From NCBI GenBank assembly GCA_043228905.1, contig JBHGNT010000012.1:3596001-3660000 (forward strand): a stretch of DNA of 64,000 nucleotides. The letters run 5' to 3'. Of this stretch, positions 39,143-51,100 are shown piece after piece. The notes beneath the pieces were generated by a model. The model worked only from the letters and a program-made list of their open reading frames with translations. It searched no databases and was not told the origin of the DNA. The translations under genes and the position numbers were made by a program. Position 1 is the first letter of the stretch; every line of letters begins with the position of its first letter. This stretch comes from Azolla caroliniana (lineage: Eukaryota; Plantae; Polypodiophyta).

Positions 39143-42100
39143 TCATTTAGCTGCTGGAACAGACATCTTCGGATCGAAATCATCAGGCATTATATGGTTT
39201 ATTCTACCACCATCTACATCGTGGACAGCTGCAAATGGATTTTGAGGATCAAATAGAAGTAAATTTTGCCCTGAAGGTATCCCTTCTGTCGACATTGCAC
39301 GTTCTGAATCCGAATGAGGGCCTGTAGCAAGTGTGTCCATTTGCTTGCTCTTACATAATTCCATCTCTTGCCCTGTAGGAACGAATGTTCTTACCATGTA
39401 TGTGGTTGGAGCTTCTGGAGTTCCATCACTGTATAATACATAGTTATGGTATGTAGGAGCAAACTGCAACAGCAATCCAATAGTCAGTATGATGTTTGGA
39501 AGTTGTAACAAACTACTTGTAGCTTAGATTTAGGTTTCAATACCATCTTTCAGCTTATATCTGGCACATAAATTTTCTTTTCTTCTCTCTTCTCTCTTCT
39601 CGCTATACTTTTTATCCGGTGAATACTCTCTTCTAATATCTATAACTCTCATTTGTTCTCATAGGCCATTTCAGCCCTTTAAAAAACATTAATATGGTTT
39701 TCCTCTTTCTTACTTTCTTTGTTTCTCTCTCTCTTTTTGGAATCCTCTCATTGTCATCTGCCTTTTTTTATAATGATTTCTCTTAAAAGACGTTAATAGT
39801 TCTTTCTTTCTTCTCATTGGACTGGAATCCAAAGAACACCATGTCATTGTAGCGTCTTTGGCCCACTACACAAGGTAATGGAATATGAGGACCAACGGTG
39901 CCTAGGAATTTTCTTGCTAGAACTCAAGAGACATAGGGAAAAGTTGTTGAAGGACAATAATACAGGCACACAAGCTCATCCACAAAGGACAATCACAACT
40001 TTCTTTAGCCCCATCACTCCTACTAATGCTACGAGTCAATTAAGGGATACACAAATGGGCTCGCGAACAGGACAGAACAAAGGTGTTACAATAGATCAGG
40101 CAATAGCAATTTGTCGTGCACATAGGCCCCAGCCCCATGGACCACGACCTCAACACCCTTGTCATCAACAGATAAAAGTGATTATCTCCCACCATCGCAG
40201 GTGCTTCCCTCGCTTTGGAGACCTTTCCATTCTAGATTAACCTATGCTAGAGATCTTTTGAAGACAAAAGTTACATACATCTAACTTGAGAATCTCACAT
40301 GTGCCGAAAACAAGTTTCCCTCATCTCTTTTTATCTTATTTACTTTTATATTTACGGAGTAATATTTATTTTATTTTGATTTGTTGTTCTCAAAGACGAG
40401 ACAACATTTGAGATATAATCTCTTGTTTGGTCTTCAGGCCATTTTGGCCTCTTAAAAGACGTTAATATATCTTTCTTCTCTCTATACTTTTTATCCTGTG
40501 AATACTCTCTTCTAATATCTATACCCATAGATTGACACATGCATGATATTCATCATATTCTCCATGCGTGATATTCTCAATATTCGAGAATACAAAATGG
40601 CCCTAAGAATATTTAAAAACCATTCGTTTTGTAAAATAAATATACAAAAAATTAATTAATTAATTAATTTAAAAATAAATAAATTTAATTCACTAAACAA
40701 AAGAACAATTATTCATTAATAAATTATAAAAATATTATTAGTATAAACTCTCCTTTCTAGTGTCAAATAAAAAAAGAGGAGAGTTTATGAACCTTTATTT
40801 TATTTAAATAATTGATTTTTTTATTTTAAAAAAACGAATATTTTTATATTTACTATGAAAACATGATTAATGTGAAGTTTCAATTTTAATGTCAGGTAAA
40901 AATATCCATAAATTTTGGGAAAAGAAAACGTCAAGAATTAATGAACCATTCTTTTATTTTATTTATTTAGTAAAGAATCAAGATCTCCAATGAAAATTTA
41001 TTACTGTCAAGTCTCTCTCAACTCTCTATTTTATTATCCCCTTTTTATTGTCAAGTCCCTTTTTTTTCCTAAGAAACTAAAAGGAGGAAGTTCATCTCTC
41101 TTTTTTTCCTTTCTTTTTAAACGAATACTTCAAATGTGAATATGTCAATCTATGTCTATACCTCTCATTTCTTCTCATAGGCCATTTCAGTCCTTTAAAA
41201 AACATTAATATAGTTTTCCTCTTTCTTAATTTCTTTGTTTCTCTATCTCTTTTTGGAAACCTCTCATTGTCATCTACCTTTTGTTATAATGATTTCTCTC
41301 ACACTTCTTACATACATCCGAGGATGGATTCGTCATCATGCCAACCTTATATGGGCATACATCTATCCTATGCGCTACATACTGTGATAGGGCAACTACG
41401 AACTTCATCACATTAGTTACAGATTGAGGTAGGCAGATATACACAACTACCTCTAGAAGAGAGAATTTGCCAATTGTGTCATCAAGGAGTGGAATCTGAG
41501 GAACACTATGTTTGTCATTGTAGTGTCTTTTATGAAATCAAAGGGAGATACCATTGCCTCTTTTATCAAGGCTTTGGCCTACTACGCAAGGTAATGTAAT
41601 ATGAGGACCAACGATGCCTAGGACTTTTCTTGCTAGAGCTCAAGAGACACCGGGAAAAGTTAATGAAGAATACAACCACACAAGCTCATCCACAAAGAAC
41701 AATCACAACTTTCTTTAGCCCCATCACTCCTACTAATGCTACAAGTCAATCACAAGATACACAAATGGGCTCCAGACCAGGACATAACAAAGGGGTTACA
41801 ATTGATCAGGCAATGGCAATTTGCCGTGCACGTAGGGCTCAGCCCCATGGACCACGACCTCAACACCCTTGTCATCGACAGATAAAAGCCATTATCTCCC
41901 GCCATCGTAGGTGCTTCCCTCGTTTAGGAGACATTTCCATTCTGAATAGACCTATGCTAGACATCTTTCGAAGACAAAAGCTACAATATTCCTAACTTGA
42001 GAATCTCAAATGTGCCAAAAACCAGATTCCCTAATTTCTTTTCTTTTCATCTTATTTACTTTTATATTTACATTGTAGTATTTATTTTATTTTGATTTGT

Positions 42101-45100
42101 TCTCAAAGACGAGACAACACTTAAGATGTAATCTCTTATTTGGTCTTCTTAAAAGACGTTAATATATCTTTCTTTCTTTCTTTCTCAACGTTTAGGGTTT
42201 AGGCTCTATCTCTGTCTCTGCGTTTTCTGCAATGTCTGCCCTGTGTGTTCTCTACAATGTCTAATCCTCTGCGTTTTCTGCAATGTCTATCCTCTACGTT
42301 TTCTGCAATGCCTGATCCTCTACGTTCTCTGCCAAATCTGATTCCCTGCATTTTCCACCAAATCTGTTCCTCTGTGTTTTCTGGCCAATAGAAATTCCTG
42401 GAATCAATATTGTTCCCTCTGCCCTCAGCATTTCATACCCTGCACCTGCTGTCCTAAGACACCATGGAGTCTGAATGGACAGAAAATGAAAAGATGGATC
42501 TTAACACGCACGACGAGGGTTCAGATCCATGGAAGACCCCAAGAAGATACCATAGACGAAAAGGACGGGATAGAAGCACCCCGAATAGCATTAGAAGGGT
42601 GCACAAGGCACCTAGAATGTAAGCCCCATTCGACATTCCATTTGATGTCAAAAATGGGAAACATGATCTATTACGCCATTTGATTGCGCACGAGATCAAT
42701 CTTATTAGAGAGGATATAGAAATAGCACTAAAAGAAGAAATGAAAAAAGAGATAGAGAAACAGAAAACTGAGTTGTATGCCTCTCTCAAGACTAAGTTAT
42801 TAGAAGAGATGGAAGACCCCAAGAAGATACCATAGACGAAAAGGACGGGATAGAAGCACCCCGAATAGCATTAGAAGGGTGCACAAGGCACCTAGAATGT
42901 AAGCCCCATTCGACATTCCATTTGATGTCAAAAATGGGAAACATGATCTATTACGCCATTTGATTGCGCACGAGATCAATCTTATTAGAGAGGATATAGA
43001 AATAGCACTAAAAGAAGAAATGAAAAAAGAGATAGAGAAACAGAAAACTGAGTTGTATGCCTCTCTCAAGACTAAGTTATTAGAAGAGATGCGGAAAGAC
43101 ATAATAAACCATGTGAAGAAATCACACTTGGAGCTCAAGGATGACATGACACAATACCTTAAGGATGAAATATCCTCAAGTAAGGTTGAGTTCGGAGCTA
43201 TAAAAGTGGATTTAGAAAAAGGACAAGAAGCAGTGGAAAGATGCATCTCTACAATGAAAGCCAATGTCACTAAGGAAATGCAAACATGGGCAGACATGGC
43301 CAAAGATGCCAAACCTCAAGCTGAGCACGCCCAAAACGAAATTAAAGCAAATGCTCCTTGGATAGAAGTAGTGAAAAAGCAAAAAGGAACATCCATGGAT
43401 AGGACAACAATGATGAATGCTACATTAGAAGAAGCCAAGAGGAAAGCTCGTGCATTGCATGTACGAGTGGTTGGTTGGGCCGAAAAAGGAAGTCCACAAG
43501 AAGATGCCAAGAATCTCAGAACAAAGATTGGAGCATCAGATATTCCTTTTGCTTCAGCATGGAGGGTGGGAAGAGATGAGTGTAGAGTTAAAGCCCTTAT
43601 CATCCGCTTCATGGATATTGACAAGAAAAGAGCTTTCCTCTCTAAAAGAAAGGCACTCAAGGGTGAAAAAATATACTTAGATGACAATCTCACTCCAGCC
43701 CAAGTGGCACACCGCAAAGAAAACATGCCACGAGTGCTTGATGCAAGAAAGGAAGGAAAATGGGCCGTATATAGAGATGGTAAGGTCATTATTATAGAGA
43801 AGGCAACCGCATGACAATATATGGCCTATGAGACCCTACGCAATGCACATGACCATATGGAATTGCAACGGCTCTCTCCGGAGAGATGTCGGATATTTTG
43901 AAGATACATTGAAAAACACAGATATTGCTATGTATACAGACAGAGACTCACCAATGCATGGCTAGCAAACTCCCCGAGGTACAAGGATATAGATGAGAGT
44001 CAATATGTCGCCCCCAACCTCGGACACGAGGAAGCACTAGAGGTTCGAGAGGAATGGCGGTGCTATACAAAAAGGAGTTCCATGATAGAGTGCATGTTGT
44101 TCATAAGGATGTAGATGCACGCTACATGTGGATACGAATAAAAAGAGGGGATCTTAGGGAGTTATATATTGCAATTTGCTACTTTCCACCTGCTTACTCA
44201 AGGTTTGCACCTCTAGGTGAATCACCATATCTACCTCTATATGATGATATCATAAGATTTGCTACTATGGGGGACATTATACTATTAGGAGATTTTAATG
44301 CACGAACCAAGGATGAACAAACAACTATGTTTAACACCAACGAGGCTGTTTATGGAGAAGTTATGGCAGAAGAGGTTGGTCTAAAGCGACAAGCTCAAGA
44401 TATGAGTGCTATAACTGAATATGGAAAACACTTTCTAGACTTGGGAAGTGCGCATGGATTTGTGATATATAATGGCTTGTCACAATGGCCTAGATCAGAT
44501 GTTTTGACATGTTGGAACCCAAAAGGGGGTGCAAGCACAGTGGACTATCTAATGGGATCTCCATCTCTTATACCTGAAATAAAAGTGTTCACTATATCGG
44601 GTAGACCTATTGGCTTGGCAGCAGATCATGCATATCTACGCTTCGAGGTAAAGGATGGATGCACAAAGGATGTATATGCTAAGGAGAGTGGGCTGGCTAA
44701 GTATCTATTTACTCGCGAGACAATTGATGTGTATAGTTGTGGTGTATACAATGGCATGCTAGATTTAGATCCTTTCGCACCCCTTGAAGAACTTACCCAA
44801 GGATTGTCCAAATCATTGCATAAAGCAGCCACAAATGCCTTCCCTCACACAACAGCCAATCCCCCCAAACTTCGTAGAGTAATACAAAATAGTTGGTATG
44901 ATGAGGAATGTCGTGATACAAGGAAATGCTTGCAGCGTGATGTAACTCGGGGCATTTATACACACAACCAAGCAAGAGCAACCTTCTAAAGCCTTGTAAG
45001 GAAGAAGACGAGATTGTATTTGGCTAAATTTGAAGATCATTTGTATCGCTTGTTTCTAGGACAAGAGAGTAAAAGAGCATGGAAAATGTATAATGAGAGG

Positions 45101-48100
45101 CAACCCACCACACAACTAACCTCTATATGATATCCCGGGGCAACCTCGTCTTCCCCACCCGAATGCCTCACGCCCACATTAATCAACCTTCTTTACACCA
45201 CAAAATGCAAGAAATGCCATTGATTGGCTACAATTTGGGAAGGCCCAAGATCATGATGGATTGGTGGGTGAGCACTTTATCTATGCCCGCGACACCTTGC
45301 TTCCATTGCTAGCACACATCTTTAATAGAGCCATGTGTGAAGGTTTCCCTACTATATGGACTCAAGATACCATTGTGCCAATTCTCAAAAGTGGAGACCC
45401 CATGATGCCAGGCAACTATAGGACAATCATGATAGGCCATTACTTGGCTAAACTATATGGGTCGATTCTAGAATCAAAATTGAGTATATGGGCAAAGCAG
45501 AATGGCTGCCGTTCAGTTGGACAGGCAGGCTTTCGGAAGGGGTTCACAACTTTGGATCACATATTCACCCTCCGGGCCCTTATTGAGGACGGCAGAGCCC
45601 ACAATAAGAGGATTTATTGTTGCTTTGTGGATTTCCGAAAAGCCTTTGACACTGTGCCACGTGCTCGGCTTATGCGGTGGCTAGAAGCCCTTGGTGTTCC
45701 AACATATATGCAATAGGGAGTCTATGCACTCTATGAATCCGTGTCAGGAAAAGTGTGGTCTCCCAAGGGCTTGTCAAAGGCAATGGCTAGCACAATTGGA
45801 ATGAAGCAAGGATGCCCACTATCCCCTACTCTCTTCGGTCTCTATATAGATGAGGTATCACATTACATAGAGAGATTCGGGGGTTCCGAACCACGCCTAG
45901 CAGGTATAGCTATACAAATATTACTATATGCTGACGACATTGTGCTGATTTCTGACTCTCCGGAGGGAATGGGTAACAAGATCAGAACCAGAATTCTTCT
46001 TGGGAGAGGAAAAGGTGGAATACACACTCACATGGCATGAGTATAAATGCACTACCGCCGTTCCAATATAGCTTGGACTGTACCCACCTAAATATGACCA
46101 AAGTGGAAAAGAATAGAGTGATCCGGACTGATATTATTAACTTGGAAAACAAGCTAACATTAACTTGGAAAACAAGTTAACATGGATCAGCCATAAAATA
46201 CCACTTGGTACAAAGATGGCCCACTATAAGACGCACTTCTTACATACATCCGAGGATGGATTCGTCATCATGCCAACCTTATATGGGCATACATCTATCC
46301 TATGCGCTACATACTGTGATAGGGCAACTACGAACTTCATCACATTAGTTACAGATTGAGGTAGGCAGATATACACAACTACCTCTAGAAGAGAGAATTT
46401 GCCAATTGTGTCATCAAGGAGTGGAATCTGAGGAACACTATGTTTGTCATTGTAGTGTCTTTTATGAAATCAAAGGGAGATACCATTGCCTCTTTTATCA
46501 AGGCTTTGGCCTACTACGCAAGGTAATGTAATATGAGGACCAACGATGCCTAGGACTTTTCTTGCTAGAGCTCAAGAGACACCGGGAAAAGTTAATGAAG
46601 AATACAACCACACAAGCTCATCCACAAAGAACAATCACAACTTTCTTTAGCCCCATCACTCCTACTAATGCTACAAGTCAATCACAAGATACACAAATGG
46701 GCTCCAGACCAGGACATAACAAAGGGGTTACAATTGATCAGGCAATGGCAATTTGCCGTGCACGTAGGGCTCAGCCCCATGGACCACGACCTCAACACCC
46801 TTGTCATCGACAGATAAAAGCCATTATCTCCCGCCATCGTAGGTGCTTCCCTCGTTTAGGAGACATTTCCATTCTGAATAGACCTATGCTAGACATCTTT
46901 CGAAGACAAAAGCTACAATATTCCTAACTTGAGAATCTCAAATGTGCCAAAAACCAGATTCCCTAATTTCTTTTCTTTTCATCTTATTTACTTTTATATT
47001 TACATTGTAGTATTTATTTTATTTTGATTTGTTCTCAAAGACGAGACAACACTTAAGATGTAATCTCTTATTTGGTCTTCTTAAAAGACGTTAATATATC
47101 TTTCTTTCTTTCTTTCTCAACGTTTAGGGTTTAGGCTCTATCTCTGTCTCTGCGTTTTCTGCAATGTCTGCCCTGTGTGTTCTCTACAATGTCTAATCCT
47201 CTGCGTTTTCTGCAATGTCTATCCTCTACGTTTTCTGCAATGCCTGATCCTCTACGTTCTCTGCCAAATCTGATTCCCTGCATTTTCCACCAAATCTGTT
47301 CCTCTGTGTTTTCTGGCCAATAGAAATTCCTGGAATCAATATTGTTCCCTCTGCCCTCAGCATTTCATACCCTGCACCTGCTGTCCTAAGACACCATGGA
47401 GTCTGAATGGACAGAAAATGAAAAGATGGATCTTAACACGCACGACGAGGGTTCAGATCCATGGAAGACCCCAAGAAGATACCATAGACGAAAAGGACGG
47501 GATAGAAGCACCCCGAATAGCATTAGAAGGGTGCACAAGGCACCTAGAATGTAAGCCCCATTCGACATTCCATTTGATGTCAAAAATGGGAAACATGATC
47601 TATTACGCCATTTGATTGCGCACGAGATCAATCTTATTAGAGAGGATATAGAAATAGCACTAAAAGAAGAAATGAAAAAAGAGATAGAGAAACAGAAAAC
47701 TGAGTTGTATGCCTCTCTCAAGACTAAGTTATTAGAAGAGATGGAAGACCCCAAGAAGATACCATAGACGAAAAGGACGGGATAGAAGCACCCCGAATAG
47801 CATTAGAAGGGTGCACAAGGCACCTAGAATGTAAGCCCCATTCGACATTCCATTTGATGTCAAAAATGGGAAACATGATCTATTACGCCATTTGATTGCG
47901 CACGAGATCAATCTTATTAGAGAGGATATAGAAATAGCACTAAAAGAAGAAATGAAAAAAGAGATAGAGAAACAGAAAACTGAGTTGTATGCCTCTCTCA
48001 AGACTAAGTTATTAGAAGAGATGCGGAAAGACATAATAAACCATGTGAAGAAATCACACTTGGAGCTCAAGGATGACATGACACAATACCTTAAGGATGA

Positions 48101-51100
48101 AATATCCTCAAGTAAGGTTGAGTTCGGAGCTATAAAAGTGGATTTAGAAAAAGGACAAGAAGCAGTGGAAAGATGCATCTCTACAATGAAAGCCAATGTC
48201 ACTAAGGAAATGCAAACATGGGCAGACATGGCCAAAGATGCCAAACCTCAAGCTGAGCACGCCCAAAACGAAATTAAAGCAAATGCTCCTTGGATAGAAG
48301 TAGTGAAAAAGCAAAAAGGAACATCCATGGATAGGACAACAATGATGAATGCTACATTAGAAGAAGCCAAGAGGAAAGCTCGTGCATTGCATGTACGAGT
48401 GGTTGGTTGGGCCGAAAAAGGAAGTCCACAAGAAGATGCCAAGAATCTCAGAACAAAGATTGGAGCATCAGATATTCCTTTTGCTTCAGCATGGAGGGTG
48501 GGAAGAGATGAGTGTAGAGTTAAAGCCCTTATCATCCGCTTCATGGATATTGACAAGAAAAGAGCTTTCCTCTCTAAAAGAAAGGCACTCAAGGGTGAAA
48601 AAATATACTTAGATGACAATCTCACTCCAGCCCAAGTGGCACACCGCAAAGAAAACATGCCACGAGTGCTTGATGCAAGAAAGGAAGGAAAATGGGCCGT
48701 ATATAGAGATGGTAAGGTCATTATTATAGAGAAGGCAACCGCATGACAATATATGGCCTATGAGACCCTACGCAATGCACATGACCATATGGAATTGCAA
48801 CGGCTCTCTCCGGAGAGATGTCGGATATTTTGAAGATACATTGAAAAACACAGATATTGCTATGTATACAGACAGAGACTCACCAATGCATGGCTAGCAA
48901 ACTCCCCGAGGTACAAGGATATAGATGAGAGTCAATATGTCGCCCCCAACCTCGGACACGAGGAAGCACTAGAGGTTCGAGAGGAATGGCGGTGCTATAC
49001 AAAAAGGAGTTCCATGATAGAGTGCATGTTGTTCATAAGGATGTAGATGCACGCTACATGTGGATACGAATAAAAAGAGGGGATCTTAGGGAGTTATATA
49101 TTGCAATTTGCTACTTTCCACCTGCTTACTCAAGGTTTGCACCTCTAGGTGAATCACCATATCTACCTCTATATGATGATATCATAAGATTTGCTACTAT
49201 GGGGGACATTATACTATTAGGAGATTTTAATGCACGAACCAAGGATGAACAAACAACTATGTTTAACACCAACGAGGCTGTTTATGGAGAAGTTATGGCA
49301 GAAGAGGTTGGTCTAAAGCGACAAGCTCAAGATATGAGTGCTATAACTGAATATGGAAAACACTTTCTAGACTTGGGAAGTGCGCATGGATTTGTGATAT
49401 ATAATGGCTTGTCACAATGGCCTAGATCAGATGTTTTGACATGTTGGAACCCAAAAGGGGGTGCAAGCACAGTGGACTATCTAATGGGATCTCCATCTCT
49501 TATACCTGAAATAAAAGTGTTCACTATATCGGGTAGACCTATTGGCTTGGCAGCAGATCATGCATATCTACGCTTCGAGGTAAAGGATGGATGCACAAAG
49601 GATGTATATGCTAAGGAGAGTGGGCTGGCTAAGTATCTATTTACTCGCGAGACAATTGATGTGTATAGTTGTGGTGTATACAATGGCATGCTAGATTTAG
49701 ATCCTTTCGCACCCCTTGAAGAACTTACCCAAGGATTGTCCAAATCATTGCATAAAGCAGCCACAAATGCCTTCCCTCACACAACAGCCAATCCCCCCAA
49801 ACTTCGTAGAGTAATACAAAATAGTTGGTATGATGAGGAATGTCGTGATACAAGGAAATGCTTGCAGCGTGATGTAACTCGGGGCATTTATACACACAAC
49901 CAAGCAAGAGCAACCTTCTAAAGCCTTGTAAGGAAGAAGACGAGATTGTATTTGGCTAAATTTGAAGATCATTTGTATCGCTTGTTTCTAGGACAAGAGA
50001 GTAAAAGAGCATGGAAAATGTATAATGAGAGGCAACCCACCACACAACTAACCTCTATATGATATCCCGGGGCAACCTCGTCTTCCCCACCCGAATGCCT
50101 CACGCCCACATTAATCAACCTTCTTTACACCACAAAATGCAAGAAATGCCATTGATTGGCTACAATTTGGGAAGGCCCAAGATCATGATGGATTGGTGGG
50201 TGAGCACTTTATCTATGCCCGCGACACCTTGCTTCCATTGCTAGCACACATCTTTAATAGAGCCATGTGTGAAGGTTTCCCTACTATATGGACTCAAGAT
50301 ACCATTGTGCCAATTCTCAAAAGTGGAGACCCCATGATGCCAGGCAACTATAGGACAATCATGATAGGCCATTACTTGGCTAAACTATATGGGTCGATTC
50401 TAGAATCAAAATTGAGTATATGGGCAAAGCAGAATGGCTGCCGTTCAGTTGGACAGGCAGGCTTTCGGAAGGGGTTCACAACTTTGGATCACATATTCAC
50501 CCTCCGGGCCCTTATTGAGGACGGCAGAGCCCACAATAAGAGGATTTATTGTTGCTTTGTGGATTTCCGAAAAGCCTTTGACACTGTGCCACGTGCTCGG
50601 CTTATGCGGTGGCTAGAAGCCCTTGGTGTTCCAACATATATGCAATAGGGAGTCTATGCACTCTATGAATCCGTGTCAGGAAAAGTGTGGTCTCCCAAGG
50701 GCTTGTCAAAGGCAATGGCTAGCACAATTGGAATGAAGCAAGGATGCCCACTATCCCCTACTCTCTTCGGTCTCTATATAGATGAGGTATCACATTACAT
50801 AGAGAGATTCGGGGGTTCCGAACCACGCCTAGCAGGTATAGCTATACAAATATTACTATATGCTGACGACATTGTGCTGATTTCTGACTCTCCGGAGGGA
50901 ATGGGTAACAAGATCAGAACCAGAATTCTTCTTGGGAGAGGAAAAGGTGGAATACACACTCACATGGCATGAGTATAAATGCACTACCGCCGTTCCAATA
51001 TAGCTTGGACTGTACCCACCTAAATATGACCAAAGTGGAAAAGAATAGAGTGATCCGGACTGATATTATTAACTTGGAAAACAAGCTAACATTAACTTGG

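Larger units (their letters stand above)
42187..47118 (+). mobile_element. Near full-length but defective non-LTR retrotransposon (ORF1 plus APE-RT-Zn finger ORF2), tandem unit 1
   Basis: 5' end TTTAGGGTTTAGG plus short tandem repeats. ORF1 42464-43814. ORF2 from about 43828 with [48 protein letters not shown] and LLYADD. 3' tail (TTTC)n. Confidence 0.95.

Noticed and set aside
42454-43789. Antisense ORFs over LINE ORF1 (and their copies at 47386-48721)
   Set aside because: They are shadows of the sense coding frame with no independent evidence.
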